DNA of 64,000 nt from NCBI GenBank assembly GCA_047150005.1, contig AP038806.1, positions 2,496,001 through 2,560,000 of the forward strand, read 5' to 3'. Source of the DNA: Nitrospira sp. (GTDB lineage: Bacteria > Nitrospirota > Nitrospiria > Nitrospirales > Nitrospiraceae). This document shows positions 28,957 to 41,509 of this stretch, one piece after another (within the stretch, counting starts at the first letter, position 1; the number at the start of each line of letters is the position of its first letter). The notes under the pieces were generated by a model. The model was not told where the DNA came from and did no database searches. It saw nothing but the letters and a program-made list of their open reading frames with translations. The translations under genes and the position numbers were made by a program.

Positions 28957-30039
28957 ATGGAAGCCGCACTGGTGAAAAGATGGGAATCTCTCGCGAGCCG
29001 ATATGACGAGTTGACCACGCAGCTCACGGACCCCTCTGTCATCGGCCAGCCTCCTTTACTGGTCAAGTTGAATCGAGAGCGAACCGAACTCGAACCGGTT
29101 GCGCACCTCTTCCAGCGTTATCGTGACCTCCTCAAGCAGTCGGAAGACATTTCCCACATGCTTGCAGATCCGGCGACGGGTACGGAGTTCCGATCCTTGG
29201 CTTCCGAAGAAAACGCGCGACTCGATGAGGCGCTGGCGGCGCTGCAAGCCCAGGTTCTGGAGCATCTGACCCCGAAGGATCCGCGCGACGACAAGAGTCT
29301 GTTTCTGGAAATTCGGGCGGGTACAGGCGGCGATGAGGCCGCCTTGTTCGCTGGGGACCTGTTCCGGATGTATGCGAAATTTGCCGAGCGGCACAAGTTG
29401 AAAGTTGAAATCGTGGAGGCCTCCGAAACCGGAAAGGGCGGCTATAAGACGGTGATCGCGTTCATCGAGGGGAAGGGCGGCTATGGCCTATTCAAATATG
29501 AAAGCGGTGTCCATCGTGTTCAGCGCGTGCCGGTGACCGAGGCGGCAGGCCGAATCCATACGTCCACCGTCACGGTGGCGGTTATGCCGGAAGTGGACGA
29601 GGTGGACGTCCAGATCGATCCGAAGGATCTCCGAATCGACACATTCTGTTCGTCCGGTGCGGGAGGGCAAAGTGTCAATACCACCTATTCGGCCGTACGA
29701 ATCACGCACCTTCCGACCGGGGTAGTGGTGTCCTGTCAGGACGAACGATCGCAGCTCAAGAATCGCACGAAGGCCATGCGAACGCTGCGCGCCCGAATCG
29801 TCGAGGCCGAACGGGAAAAACAAGAAGCCGAAATCGCCCAGAATCGCAAAGCGCAAGTGGGAACCGGAGACCGAAGCGAGAAGATCCGTACCTATAACTT
29901 TCCTCAGAATCGGGTCACGGATCATCGTGTGGGTTTGACGCTCCATAAGCTGGAGCATGTACTGGCCGGTGACATGGACGAACTGGTCGCGGCGCTGCGT
30001 TCCCAGCGTGATCAGGCGGCTGTCTCGGAGGCTTCATGA
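28957..30039 (+). CDS. prfA: Peptide chain release factor 1
   Basis: PVT recognition motif, GGQ, GDRSEKIRTYNF. Confidence 0.97.
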   Translation: MEAALVKRWESLASRYDELTTQLTDPSVIGQPPLLVKLNRERTELEPVAHLFQRYRDLLKQSEDISHMLADPATGTEFRSLASEENARLDEALAALQAQVLEHLTPKDPRDDKSLFLEIRAGTGGDEAALFAGDLFRMYAKFAERHKLKVEIVEASETGKGGYKTVIAFIEGKGGYGLFKYESGVHRVQRVPVTEAAGRIHTSTVTVAVMPEVDEVDVQIDPKDLRIDTFCSSGAGGQSVNTTYSAVRITHLPTGVVVSCQDERSQLKNRTKAMRTLRARIVEAEREKQEAEIAQNRKAQVGTGDRSEKIRTYNFPQNRVTDHRVGLTLHKLEHVLAGDMDELVAALRSQRDQAAVSEAS

Positions 30040-30938
30040 ATCTGTCGTCTCCGGAAGCGGCCGCCGAGGAATGCCGGACGGTCGGACGGGTAATTGCCGA
30101 GGCATCTCGACAGTTATCAGAAGCAGGGTTGGACGCTGCCGACCAGGAAGCGGTCTGGTTGGCCGAATATGCGCTCGGGCTGTCGAGGCTGCAGCAAGTG
30201 CTTCATGGGAAACGTGAGTTGTCCGTCGGCGACGTCGCAGTGTTGCAGCAGCTCGTGTCCAGACGGACCGAGAGAGAACCGCTTCAATATATCCTCGGCA
30301 CGCAGGATTTTTGCGGACTCGAATTCGAGGTCAATCGCTCGGTGCTGATTCCTAGGCCGGAAAGCACCTTGTTGGTCCAAGAAGCGGTTCGCCGCGTGCA
30401 ATCGTGGGAAAGGCCGGTTCTTGTCGACGTCGGCACGGGGTCCGGTTGCCTGGCGATTGCCCTCGCCCGCCTGCTGTCTCCTCAGCAATTGCTGGCCATC
30501 GATCTCTCGTCGGAAGCCCTAAGGACTGCGAAGCAGAATGCGGCACGTCTGCAGGTCGAATCGGTGACGTGGCTGGAAGGCGACCTCCTGACTCCCCTGG
30601 CAGGACAAGGACTAGAACAGCGTGTCCGGGTGATTGTCTCAAACCCGCCCTACGTCTCCGAATCGGATTGGCCGACGCTTCAGCCAGAAGTTCGCCTCTA
30701 CGAACCCCGATTGGCTCTGGTCGCCGGCGCTCGCGGGACTGAACTGCACGAGCGGTTGATCGCCGACGCGATCCCGTTTCTGGAGCCGGGAGGGTGCTTG
30801 ATCATGGAACTCGGGCGAGGACAGAGTCGATCGTTGATCGAGCGTGTGGAGGCTTGTCCTGCGTATCAGTCGGTCGGGACGCTCCGCGACGAGGCGGGGA
30901 TCGAGCGTGTGTTGGTTGCTGAACGGAGAAGAGGATAG
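30036..30938 (+). CDS. prmC: Release factor glutamine methyltransferase
   Basis: EPLQYILG, VLIPRPE, DVGTGSG and NPPY motifs. Confidence 0.95.
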   Translation: MNLSSPEAAAEECRTVGRVIAEASRQLSEAGLDAADQEAVWLAEYALGLSRLQQVLHGKRELSVGDVAVLQQLVSRRTEREPLQYILGTQDFCGLEFEVNRSVLIPRPESTLLVQEAVRRVQSWERPVLVDVGTGSGCLAIALARLLSPQQLLAIDLSSEALRTAKQNAARLQVESVTWLEGDLLTPLAGQGLEQRVRVIVSNPPYVSESDWPTLQPEVRLYEPRLALVAGARGTELHERLIADAIPFLEPGGCLIMELGRGQSRSLIERVEACPAYQSVGTLRDEAGIERVLVAERRRG

Positions 30939-30947
30939 GATCGACGC

Positions 30948-32207
30948 GTGGACAAGATCGTTATCAACGGAGGCGTCTCGCTGAAGGGAGACGTTCGGAT
31001 CAGCGGGGCCAAGAACTCCGCGCTGCCGATCCTTGCCTCGACGATTCTGGGCGGCGGGGAGTGCGTCATCAGCAATGTGCCGCGAGTCGTCGACGTGGTC
31101 ACGATGGGCAAACTGCTGGGGATTCTTGGGGCCAAGGTGACGCAGGAAGGCAACCGCGTCGTCATCAAGGCCGACGTGATCAACTCGACTCAAGCCCCGT
31201 ATGAACTCGTGAAGACGATGCGCGCTTCCGTACTTGTGCTGGGGCCGCTCGTCGCACGTTGGGGGCAGGCCACTGTGTCGCTTCCAGGTGGATGCGCCAT
31301 TGGTTCCCGTCCAGTGAACATGCACCTTGCTGGGCTCACCAAGCTGGGGGCGGAGGTTTGGGTCGAGCACGGCTATATTCATGCAAAGGCTAAGCGCTTG
31401 ACCGGTGCGTCCATCTATTGCGACGTGCCCACCGTGACGGGCACGGAAAATCTGATGATGGCCGCTTCGCTCGCTCAGGGGATCACCGTGATCGAAAACG
31501 CCGCTAAGGAACCGGAGATCGTGGACTTGGCCGATTTTCTGACGAAACGAGGCGCTCGTATCAACGGGGCCGGCACGGATATGATCACCATAGAAGGCGT
31601 TCGGGAACTTCGAGGCAGCGATCACGAGGTCATTCCGGATCGTATCGAAGCCGGCACCTACCTGGTTGCCGGTGCGATCACCAAAGGATCGATTTCCGTC
31701 GATCGATGCCGCCCGGACCATCTTGAGCCGGTCATCGCCAAACTTCGGGAAGCCGGCATGGACATTCGTGTTGAGAAGGAGTCGGTGCATCTGGATGCGG
31801 CAGGATCCGGCCGCCCGGCCGGTGTTGACATACGCACGATGCCGTTCCCGGGATTTCCGACCGACATGCAGGCGCAAATGGCGGCGCTCATGTCGGTCGC
31901 TAGAGGGACCAGCGTTATTACCGAAACGGTGTTCGAAAGCCGGTTCATGCATGTGGAAGAACTGCGGCGGATGGGAGCCGATATTCGCGTCGAGGGCAAT
32001 CGCCTGATGATCACGGGATGCGAACGCTTGACCGGTGCTCCTGTTATGGCTTCCGATCTTCGCGCGAGTGCGGGACTCATCCTTGCAGGGTTGGCAGCGG
32101 AGGGAACCACCGAGATTCTGCGGGTGTATCATCTCGATCGCGGTTACGAAGAAATCGAAGAAAAACTTCGGGGACTCGGGGCGGTCATCCATCGCTGCGC
32201 TGCCTAG
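30948..32207 (+). CDS. murA: UDP-N-acetylglucosamine 1-carboxyvinyltransferase
   Basis: [17 protein letters not shown] and [10 protein letters not shown] motifs. Confidence 0.97.
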   Translation: MDKIVINGGVSLKGDVRISGAKNSALPILASTILGGGECVISNVPRVVDVVTMGKLLGILGAKVTQEGNRVVIKADVINSTQAPYELVKTMRASVLVLGPLVARWGQATVSLPGGCAIGSRPVNMHLAGLTKLGAEVWVEHGYIHAKAKRLTGASIYCDVPTVTGTENLMMAASLAQGITVIENAAKEPEIVDLADFLTKRGARINGAGTDMITIEGVRELRGSDHEVIPDRIEAGTYLVAGAITKGSISVDRCRPDHLEPVIAKLREAGMDIRVEKESVHLDAAGSGRPAGVDIRTMPFPGFPTDMQAQMAALMSVARGTSVITETVFESRFMHVEELRRMGADIRVEGNRLMITGCERLTGAPVMASDLRASAGLILAGLAAEGTTEILRVYHLDRGYEEIEEKLRGLGAVIHRCAA

Positions 32208-32229
32208 CACAGCGGTCATCGTCCGGTGA

Positions 32230-32946
32230 ATGGATCAGGATCTCATGCTGACGGTCGCACTCTGCAAAGGTAAGTTGATTGAACCGACGCTGGCGTTGTT
32301 CGGACGGGCCGGCTATGCAGGGGCAACTCCGGCCACAGACAGCCGGCGTTTGGTATTTGCCTGTCCAGATATAGGAATGACATTCTTGATCGTCCGTCCG
32401 ACGGATGTTCCGACCTATGTGGAATATGGAGCGGCGGATGTGGGCATTGTCGGAAAAGACGTATTGTTGGAGCAGGACAGCGATGTCTATGAGCCGTTGG
32501 ATTTGGGGTTCGGAGCGTGTAGAATTGCCGTCGCGGCGCCACGCGGCCAGGATTCTCGTGACCGGCTTTCCTCGAAAATTCGAGTGGCGACCAAGTACCC
32601 GAGAATTACCGAACGCTATTTCAATCAACGCGGCGTGCCCGTCGAGATCATCAAGTTGTATGGGTCGATCGAGCTGGCACCTCTCGTGGGCCTTGCCGAT
32701 CGTATCGTGGATCTGGTCGAGACTGGCAATACCCTCAAGACGCACGACCTCGTCGAGGTCGAGTGTATTGCAACGTCCACGGCGCGTCTGATCGTCAATC
32801 GAGCCAGTCTGAAACTCAAACATACCGCTGTGACCGAGCTCATTCAGAAACTTCGAAAAGCCACGGTCATACGGCGGCCCTCCGCTTCAGTAGCGGCGCA
32901 TGGACGAAGCCGGACCAATCGAAAGACCAAGCGGGTGCCCGCATGA
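32230..32946 (+). CDS. hisG: ATP phosphoribosyltransferase, short form
   Basis: DVPTYVEYG, ATKYP, GSIELAP and DLVETGNTL; lacks the C-terminal regulatory domain. Confidence 0.95.
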   Translation: MDQDLMLTVALCKGKLIEPTLALFGRAGYAGATPATDSRRLVFACPDIGMTFLIVRPTDVPTYVEYGAADVGIVGKDVLLEQDSDVYEPLDLGFGACRIAVAAPRGQDSRDRLSSKIRVATKYPRITERYFNQRGVPVEIIKLYGSIELAPLVGLADRIVDLVETGNTLKTHDLVEVECIATSTARLIVNRASLKLKHTAVTELIQKLRKATVIRRPSASVAAHGRSRTNRKTKRVPA

Positions 32947-34226
32947 AGATCATTGCCTCGACAGACCGGGCCTTTGCTCCAGCCCTGAAAAAGGTTGTCG
33001 CGCGCGCGAGGGCTCAAGGAGCCGCGGTTGAGAGGACGGTGCACACACTGTTGCAGGCAGTGGAGCAGGGTGGTGACAAGGCCGTGCTGCGCTACACGAA
33101 GCAGTTCGACAAGGTCGCCCTCAAGGCAAGTGATCTCAAGGTGACGTCCGAGGAGATCAAAGACGCCTACCATCGTATCAGAAAGGATGAAGGCGATGCC
33201 ATTCGGTTCGCTGCCCAGCGGATTGCGGCGTTTCACGAACGGCAGCGCACGAAAACCTGGATGTATCAGGACGGCGAGGCGACGCTGGGCCAGGTCGTGA
33301 CGCCGATCGATGCTGTTGGCGTCTATGTGCCGGGCGGCAAGGCGGTGTATCCTTCGACAGTCCTGATGAGCGCCATTCCGGCCAAGGTCGCGGGAGTCTC
33401 CCGCATCGTGATGTGCACCCCGCCGCAGAAGGCCGGAATCAATCCCTATTTACTCGTTGCGGCGGATATCGCCGGTGTCACGGATATCTTTCGCGTCGGC
33501 GGAGTTCAGGCGATTGGGGCCTTGGCGTTCGGGACAAAGTCTATTCCGAAGGTCGACAAGATCGTGGGACCCGGGAACATTTACGTGGCCACGGCCAAGC
33601 GCCTGCTGTACGGAACGGTGGGTGTCGACATGGTGGCGGGTCCGAGCGAATTGCTCGTGGTTGCCGATGACGACGCGAAGCCGGCCCATGTGGCGGCGGA
33701 TCTGCTGTGCGAGGCCGAGCATGACGAAGACGCTCAAGTATGGCTTGTGACGACATCCGCGTCGCTTGCGAAGAACGTCGGGAGAGTGCTGGAGCAACAA
33801 CTACGGGGGCTGCAACGGGAGAAGATCGCCGCCAAGTCCGTCAGGAGGCATTCCGTGGCGTTTGTCGTGACGACGATGGACGAAGCCATCGACGTGGCCA
33901 ACCAGATTGCCCCTGAGCATCTCACGCTGTCGGTAGACCAGCCGTTTGATTACTTGGAGAAGATTCGCCACGCAGGAGCGTTATTCTTGGGCCGATATAC
34001 TCCTCCCTCCGTGGCCGACTATATCGCTGGGCCGAATCACGTTTTGCCGACCGGAGGCACCGCCAAGTTCTTTTCGGCATTGTCGGTTCTCGACTACCTG
34101 AAAGTGAGCAACATCGTGCATTACACGAAGGAGGAACTGAGCAAGGTGAAAGATCATCTCGTCCGATTCGCTCACATCGAGGGCTTCGACGCCCATGCGA
34201 AGTCGGCTCAAAGCAGGTTCGCATGA
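32943..34226 (+). CDS. hisD: Histidinol dehydrogenase
   Basis: [20 protein letters not shown] and AGPNHVLPT motifs. Confidence 0.96.
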   Translation: MKIIASTDRAFAPALKKVVARARAQGAAVERTVHTLLQAVEQGGDKAVLRYTKQFDKVALKASDLKVTSEEIKDAYHRIRKDEGDAIRFAAQRIAAFHERQRTKTWMYQDGEATLGQVVTPIDAVGVYVPGGKAVYPSTVLMSAIPAKVAGVSRIVMCTPPQKAGINPYLLVAADIAGVTDIFRVGGVQAIGALAFGTKSIPKVDKIVGPGNIYVATAKRLLYGTVGVDMVAGPSELLVVADDDAKPAHVAADLLCEAEHDEDAQVWLVTTSASLAKNVGRVLEQQLRGLQREKIAAKSVRRHSVAFVVTTMDEAIDVANQIAPEHLTLSVDQPFDYLEKIRHAGALFLGRYTPPSVADYIAGPNHVLPTGGTAKFFSALSVLDYLKVSNIVHYTKEELSKVKDHLVRFAHIEGFDAHAKSAQSRFA

Positions 34227-34831
34227 AGAAGAACGGCGCACCCTTACGACAGGCTGCCATCCAGCGGGCGACCAAGGAAACGGATATCCGTGTCGAGTGG
34301 ATGCTGGACGGCAGCGGCCACAGCAAGATCAATACGTCGATCCGGTTCTTTGACCACATGCTCGAGTTACTGGCCAGGCACGGATTTTTCGATTTGACCG
34401 TCGGGGCCAAAGGTGACACCGACGTCGATGAACACCATACGGTCGAAGATGTCGGTATCGTGATGGGGAAGGCGCTCCATCAGGCTCTGGGAGAGAAGGC
34501 GGGGATCAAGCGATTCGGATTTGCTTCGGCTCCGCTGGATGAGACGCTGGCGCAGGTGACCGTTGATTTGAGCGGCCGGCCTTTTTTGGTCTACAACGTC
34601 AACCTGCCGGATCGCAAAATCAAATCATTCGATCTGGGATTGTTCGAGGACTTTTTCCAAGCATTCGTGACACACGGAGGACTCAACCTGCACGTCAATC
34701 TGCTGTACGGACGGAACCCACATCACATTATGGAGGCGATCTTCAAGGCGCTGGCCAAGGCGCTTGATCAGGCGACGACTGTTGAAGACCGTCTGGCGGG
34801 TAGGGTGTTGTCGACGAAGGGGATGCTCTAG
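34223..34831 (+). CDS. hisB: Imidazoleglycerol-phosphate dehydratase
   Basis: [20 protein letters not shown] and STKG motifs. Confidence 0.96.
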   Translation: MKKNGAPLRQAAIQRATKETDIRVEWMLDGSGHSKINTSIRFFDHMLELLARHGFFDLTVGAKGDTDVDEHHTVEDVGIVMGKALHQALGEKAGIKRFGFASAPLDETLAQVTVDLSGRPFLVYNVNLPDRKIKSFDLGLFEDFFQAFVTHGGLNLHVNLLYGRNPHHIMEAIFKALAKALDQATTVEDRLAGRVLSTKGML

Positions 34832-35013
34832 CTCTTTGCGGGTCCTGTCTTGGCGACCAGCCTCACCCTGGTCACTCCACTGATCCTGTTTCTCAGGAGG
34901 TCCATTCCAAGCTCTGTTGGGAAAAGCTGCGTGTTCGCGTGGCTACGGTTGGCTGCGTGACTTCAGAGAGGGCGATGTTGTCTCGCAGCTGCAACAGCCA
35001 AGTGAACCATCGC

Positions 35014-35661
35014 TCACGTCTCTCCTATCACAGCCTTCGTCGTCTTGAAGTGAAGTTTTGCTACCGCTGCCAATCGATCTCGCCCATGTTTCTTAACAAC
35101 CATTCTCCCCGCCAACTCGACCGCCGGTGACGCGCCTTTGGGCAGGGTGGTGCCGACGTCGTCAGACAGCCGTTTCAATCGCAGCAGGAACTCTGCGCGC
35201 GCCAAGACAGACGCGGCTGCGACGGCAAGGTCCGATTCGGCTCTGGTACGCTGTTGAAGGGTGATGGTGCGGCCTTTGGCCTGTAACGCGTTCAGAATAA
35301 GGCGCTCATCGCCGAACTGATCGGAGATAGCCAGCCCGCAGGGCACCTGCTCCAGCAAGTTCTCGAGAGCTTTGGCATGGCCCCAGGCGAGCAGGCGATT
35401 GAGGTTGCGGATCTTTGCATAAAGCTCGTTATATTTCTGTGGCCCGATCGCGATGATACTGTGAGGACAAATGGTCTTGATATCCGGGGCCATTTCCAGG
35501 ATCCGTCCGTCGGATATCTTTTTGCTGTCCCGGACCTGCATCAGGGCGAGTTCCGCTTGCGTGGTCCCGTCAACGAACACAGCGGCGATGACGAGGGGAC
35601 CGAAGTAATCGCCTTTCCCCGATTCGTCGATCCCGATGCGTTCGATCGCGGGCCCTGGCAT
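35014..35661 (-). CDS. rnhC: Ribonuclease HIII (catalytic domain only)
   Basis: GIDESGKGDYFGP, VRDSKK, ISDQF, VAAASVLAR and KLHFKT motifs. Confidence 0.85.
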   Translation of the reverse strand: MPGPAIERIGIDESGKGDYFGPLVIAAVFVDGTTQAELALMQVRDSKKISDGRILEMAPDIKTICPHSIIAIGPQKYNELYAKIRNLNRLLAWGHAKALENLLEQVPCGLAISDQFGDERLILNALQAKGRTITLQQRTRAESDLAVAAASVLARAEFLLRLKRLSDDVGTTLPKGASPAVELAGRMVVKKHGRDRLAAVAKLHFKTTKAVIGET

Positions 35662-35778
35662 GTTGTCGGATTCAGTCTGGCAAGTCTCAGGTAGAAAACG
35701 GCGTGGTGGGGCGGTAATCTAGCAGGAGCCGCTGAGGGCGGTCAAATTTTGAGACGTTGTTGAGAAGGGAGGAGGTCG

Positions 35779-36645
35779 ATGGCCGCAGCTGCACGTCGTG
35801 GTCGCATATGGGGTCTGGCCGTGCCCTGTCTGGTACTGGCCGTCGGGCTCGCCGGGTGCGAAAAGAATCCTTATACGGGCCGCTCCCAATTGCTCATGAC
35901 CTCTGTGGCCGAAGAAATGGAGATGGGTGCTCAGGCCTATACTCAGGTGAAGAGCGATCCCAAAATGAAATTGTCTCAGGACCCGCGGGAGATCGAGCCG
36001 GTCAAGCGCGTTGCCGTACGCATCGTCGAAGCCGCAAAACGGTCAAAATATGCGGAGATGGCCAAACAGTTTCAGTGGGAGGTGACGGTGATCAAAGACG
36101 ACAAGATGGCGAATGCGTTCGCGCTTCCGGGCGGCAAGATGGCGGTATACACGGGGATCTTTCCCGTGGCGAATACGGAGGCGGGTTTGGCGGCGGTGAT
36201 GGGGCACGAAGTCGTACATGCCCTGGCTCGTCATGGAGCCGAGCGCATGAGTCAGGAGCAGTTGACGAACGCGGCTGTACAAGCCGCCGGAGCGGCGGCG
36301 GGAGCGGCAGGAGGCGGCCTCGTCTCTCAAGGGACGATGGCGGCGCTTGGTGCTGGTGCTCAGGTTGGAGTATTGCTGCCCTTCAGCCGACAACACGAAT
36401 CGGAAGCGGACTACATCGGCATCCTGCTTGCTGCCGACGCTGGCTATGATCCCAGAGAGTCTATCGCTTTGTGGGAGCGTATGGAACGGATGTCGGGAGG
36501 GGGCGGGCCGGCCGAGTTCTTGTCGACGCATCCGAGCCATGGAACCAGAATCGAGGATCTCAAGAAGGCCATGCCGGAAGCACTGAAAATCTACAAGGCA
36601 CGGCAACCCGTCCCTGCAGCTAATCTGCCGAGACTTGGCAGCTGA
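35779..36645 (+). CDS. M48 family metallopeptidase (lipoprotein)
   Basis: Lipobox LAGC, NAFALPGG, HEVVH, FSRQHESEAD, STHP. Confidence 0.92.
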   Translation: MAAAARRGRIWGLAVPCLVLAVGLAGCEKNPYTGRSQLLMTSVAEEMEMGAQAYTQVKSDPKMKLSQDPREIEPVKRVAVRIVEAAKRSKYAEMAKQFQWEVTVIKDDKMANAFALPGGKMAVYTGIFPVANTEAGLAAVMGHEVVHALARHGAERMSQEQLTNAAVQAAGAAAGAAGGGLVSQGTMAALGAGAQVGVLLPFSRQHESEADYIGILLAADAGYDPRESIALWERMERMSGGGGPAEFLSTHPSHGTRIEDLKKAMPEALKIYKARQPVPAANLPRLGS

Positions 36646-36770
36646 CCGGAACCGGTCCCCGACTTTGGGCGTACCGGCGCCGCTCTTTTGTAGGGATGTT
36701 CCATTTCACCGATCGCTGGGACAATGCATAGCGGTGACGGTGTTATCCCCGACGGAAACGGGAGGCGTCC

Positions 36771-37154
36771 ATGGTCGCTCGATACGGACCGCGAGTGCCG
36801 GTGGTCGGTCAGGCAGTCCTGGCTGGTAGTCAGGCGTCCTGCGAAGGCCGGGTGCTCGATCTTTCGGTTCCAGGTTGTCTCATCGAATGTTCCCATCGAT
36901 TACGTGTCGGAGACTACGTCCGACTTCGGGTATCGTTGCCCGATGGAGGTGTGGCCATGACCGTGCCCCTGGCGGCCGTGCGCTGGGCATGTGGAAATCG
37001 CGTGGGGTTGGAATTCATTCGGTCTTCCGACGCAGATCAGCAGCGCCTGACCGCCTTCGTTCGTCGCCACGAGCCTCGAGCAGGTCTTCCCATCATCATC
37101 GGATCTCCGAGGTGGAAGGAAGCGGTGACACTTCTTGGAGTGTCAGGGGATTGA
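36771..37154 (+). CDS. Single-domain PilZ protein
   Basis: RxxxR (RYGPR), DLSVPG and GLEF motifs; GGGAGG RBS. Confidence 0.85.
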   Translation: MVARYGPRVPVVGQAVLAGSQASCEGRVLDLSVPGCLIECSHRLRVGDYVRLRVSLPDGGVAMTVPLAAVRWACGNRVGLEFIRSSDADQQRLTAFVRRHEPRAGLPIIIGSPRWKEAVTLLGVSGD

Positions 37155-37195
37155 TGGGACCGTCGCATCCCGCCACCGACGCGAGTTTGAGTTGC

Positions 37196-37224
37196 TTGCA
37201 TCCGTCATCTCCGTTTCCTATACT
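37196..37224 (+). promoter_or_regulatory. Sigma-70 promoter of rnpB
   Basis: TTGCAT-N17-TATACT, ending 6 nt before P1. Confidence 0.75.
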
Positions 37225-37230
37225 GGCATC

Positions 37231-37667
37231 GCGCGAGGGGGAAGACCGGGGGATCGCTCGACGCGGAAACGCGATGAGAGGAAAGTCCGGACTTCACGGG
37301 CAGGACGCTGGGTAACACCCAGGCGGAGCAATCCGACACCGGCACCACAGAGAACAGACCGCCGATGGCCAAGGCGATTGGACCCCAATCTCATCGCTGC
37401 GGTTCAGGTAAGGGTGAAACGGTGGGGTAAGAGCCCACCGCGGTGGTGGTGACATCACCGGCAGGGTAAGCGTCGTCCGATGCAAGGCCAAATAGGAAGA
37501 CACCGCCGGTTCTTTTCGAAGAGCCGGTGACCAGCTGGCCCGGCTGAGGTCTTCGGGTAGGTCGCTTGAGGTTCGGGGTAACCCGAATCCCAGAGAAATG
37601 ATCTCCGCCGACTGAGAGCATATCCCGGTCGGTACAGAATCCGGCTTATAGGTCTTCTCCACCGCGC
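37231..37667 (+). ncRNA. rnpB: RNase P RNA, bacterial type A
   Basis: GAGGAAAGTCCGG, GGGTGAAACGG, CAAGGCCAAATAG and ACAGAATCCGGCTTAT conserved regions; P1 GGGGAAGACC/GGTCTTCTCC. Confidence 0.97.
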
Positions 37668-37732
37668 TCATCATCTCGCACGCTCCCTGTTCCGGAGCCA
37701 CAGCCTGATCCCCACTCTCTGAAATCGCGCTA

Positions 37733-37761
37733 TTGACCTGTCACAGACAGGATGGTAGGAT
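37733..37761 (+). promoter_or_regulatory. Putative ilvB promoter with an operator-like palindrome
   Basis: TTGACC-N17-TAGGAT with extended TG; CCTGTC-ACA-GACAGG palindrome at 37737-37751. Confidence 0.55.
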
Positions 37762-37891
37762 CTCGCATCTTTCCCATTGTTTTTTCAGAACATTCTGAAC
37801 GATCGATGAACAGGTGCATGGTAACGCACCTGCGTCTCTTCGTATCTCCTTCTCTGTGGGGGGTCCAGGGATTGGAGAGTGGAGGTCCGCT

Positions 37892-39667
37892 ATGAAACTG
37901 ACAGGCGCTGAAATCTTTATCGAATGCTTAAAACGCGAAGGGGTTAAGACGATCTTTGCCTTGCCCGGTGGCGTGGTCCTGAAGATTTTCGACATGCTGC
38001 ATCAACAGAAGGGCATTGACGTCGTCTTAACCCGTCATGAACAAGGTGCGGGCCACATGGCCGAAGGCTATGCCAAGGCTACAGGTAGGGCAGGAGTCTG
38101 CCTGGTCACCTCCGGTCCCGGGATGACCAACGTGATTACGGCCTTGGCCGACGCCTATATGGATTCCGTTCCGTTGGTCTGTTTCAGTGGGCAAGTTCCG
38201 ACAAGCTTGATCGGTAACGATGCGTTCCAAGAAGCCGACAACGTGGGCCTCAGCCGACCTTGTACGAAATATAACTTCCTCGTCAAGGACGTCAACGATC
38301 TGGCGTCCACCATAAAGGAAGCGTTTTACATCGCCACGACCGGGCGTCCGGGCCCTGTTCTCGTGGACATTCCCAAAGACGTGTCGATGGAAAAGGCCGA
38401 GTTCACTTATCCGAACTCCGTGTCGATCCGCGGCTACAATCCCACGTACGAAGGAAATAAGTGGCAGATCAAGCAGGCGGCGGAAGCGATTATGAAGGCC
38501 AAGAAGCCGGTCCTCTATGTGGGCGGCGGCGTGGTGTTTTCCGGCGCCTCCCAGGAGCTGATCGAGTTGGCCGAGTTGACACAGATTCCGGTCGATATGA
38601 CGTTAATGGGTCTCGGCGCGTTTCCGGGAGAGCACCCGCTTTCCATGGGCATGCTGGGTATGCACGGCACCTATCAGGCCAATATGGCGGTGCATTACGC
38701 GGATCTCGTGGTGGCGATCGGGGCGCGGTTTGATGATCGCGTGACAGGGAAGGTGTCGGAATTTTGTCCCTACGCGAAAATCATCCATATCGACATCGAT
38801 CCGACATCGATCAGGAAGAACATTCATGTCGACATTCCGATCGTGGGAGACTGTAAGGCCGTCTTGCGCGAGCTTAACCAGATTCTGAAAGCGACCGTCA
38901 ACGGCGAGCAGAAGGAACTCCGCAAGGCCTGGTGGGATCAGATTCGCGAATGGGAGCGCGCGCATCCCTTGGCCTACCAACAGGAGAAAGATGGTCCGAT
39001 CAAGCCGCAACATGTGATCAAGAGACTCTACGACCTGACCAAGGACCGCGATCCGATCGTCTCCACGGACGTCGGTCAGCATCAAATGTGGGCTGCTCAA
39101 TACTTCAAGCTCTCGAAGCCCAACCGATGGCTCACGTCCGGAGGGTTAGGGACGATGGGATTCGGCTTCCCTGCCGCGATGGGAGCGCAGGCGGCGTTTC
39201 CGGGCCGGTTGGTTCTCTGCATCGCCGGAGACGGGAGTGTGCAGATGAATATGCAGGAAATGGCCACCGCCGTGGTCAGCAAACTCCCGGTGAAAATTGT
39301 CGTGCTGAACAATCGGTTCCACGGCATGGTCCGGCAGTGGCAGGACTTATTTTATGAAGGCCGATATGCGTCCAGCTATCTGGATACCACTCCCGACTTT
39401 GTGAAATTGGCGGAGGCCTATGGAGCCGTGGGGTTGCGAGCGGGCAAAGTCGGTGAATTGGACAACGTCCTCAAGGAAGCGATTGCCGTGGACGGGCCGG
39501 TTATCGTGGACGTCCCGACGCATCCCTATGAGAACGTGTATCCCATGATCCCGGCCGGAGGCTGCAACCATGAAATGATCTTGGAAGATCCGCCGGAGTT
39601 GAAAAACAAGCAGCAGGGTGCCGGTAAGGTGACTCCTGAGGATAAGGATACGATTCTTACCGCCTAG
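37892..39667 (+). CDS. ilvB: Acetolactate synthase large subunit
   Basis: RHEQGAGH, TSGPG, MLGMHG, DVGQHQMW and GDGS motifs. Confidence 0.97.
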   Translation: MKLTGAEIFIECLKREGVKTIFALPGGVVLKIFDMLHQQKGIDVVLTRHEQGAGHMAEGYAKATGRAGVCLVTSGPGMTNVITALADAYMDSVPLVCFSGQVPTSLIGNDAFQEADNVGLSRPCTKYNFLVKDVNDLASTIKEAFYIATTGRPGPVLVDIPKDVSMEKAEFTYPNSVSIRGYNPTYEGNKWQIKQAAEAIMKAKKPVLYVGGGVVFSGASQELIELAELTQIPVDMTLMGLGAFPGEHPLSMGMLGMHGTYQANMAVHYADLVVAIGARFDDRVTGKVSEFCPYAKIIHIDIDPTSIRKNIHVDIPIVGDCKAVLRELNQILKATVNGEQKELRKAWWDQIREWERAHPLAYQQEKDGPIKPQHVIKRLYDLTKDRDPIVSTDVGQHQMWAAQYFKLSKPNRWLTSGGLGTMGFGFPAAMGAQAAFPGRLVLCIAGDGSVQMNMQEMATAVVSKLPVKIVVLNNRFHGMVRQWQDLFYEGRYASSYLDTTPDFVKLAEAYGAVGLRAGKVGELDNVLKEAIAVDGPVIVDVPTHPYENVYPMIPAGGCNHEMILEDPPELKNKQQGAGKVTPEDKDTILTA

Positions 39668-39738
39668 TCTGCTTGGATAGAGGCAGTAGGCCACCATGGC
39701 CGGCCGATGGCCGGCCGTCTCTGTCGGAGCCGAAACGC

Positions 39739-41335
<1,597 letters not shown>

Positions 41336-41509
41336 TGGAATGCCGAAGGCTGTTACGTCGTGTCACCTCGCCCCGAACCGCGTCGTAACCGGCTTGTGCC
41401 GCCCATCGACCCCGTCGGCGGAGGCAAAACTCCGCTGGAGGCGCGTCGGTGGTAATCGTCAATGAGGTGGACGGCTGAGGCGTTGTCGGTTGAGAGTTGG
41501 AGGTTTTTC

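Noticed and set aside
36646..36770. c-di-GMP riboswitch upstream of the PilZ gene
   Set aside because: No recognisable GEMM-I or class II consensus.
37294..37701. ORFs overlapping 37135-37701
   Set aside because: The region is fully explained by RNase P RNA.
37752..37891. Ile/Leu/Val attenuator leader peptide before ilvB
   Set aside because: No short ORF with clustered ILV codons followed by a terminator.
39697..39718. ATGGCCGGCCG tandem duplication between ilvB and ilvN
   Set aside because: Only two short GC-rich copies; no supportable function.
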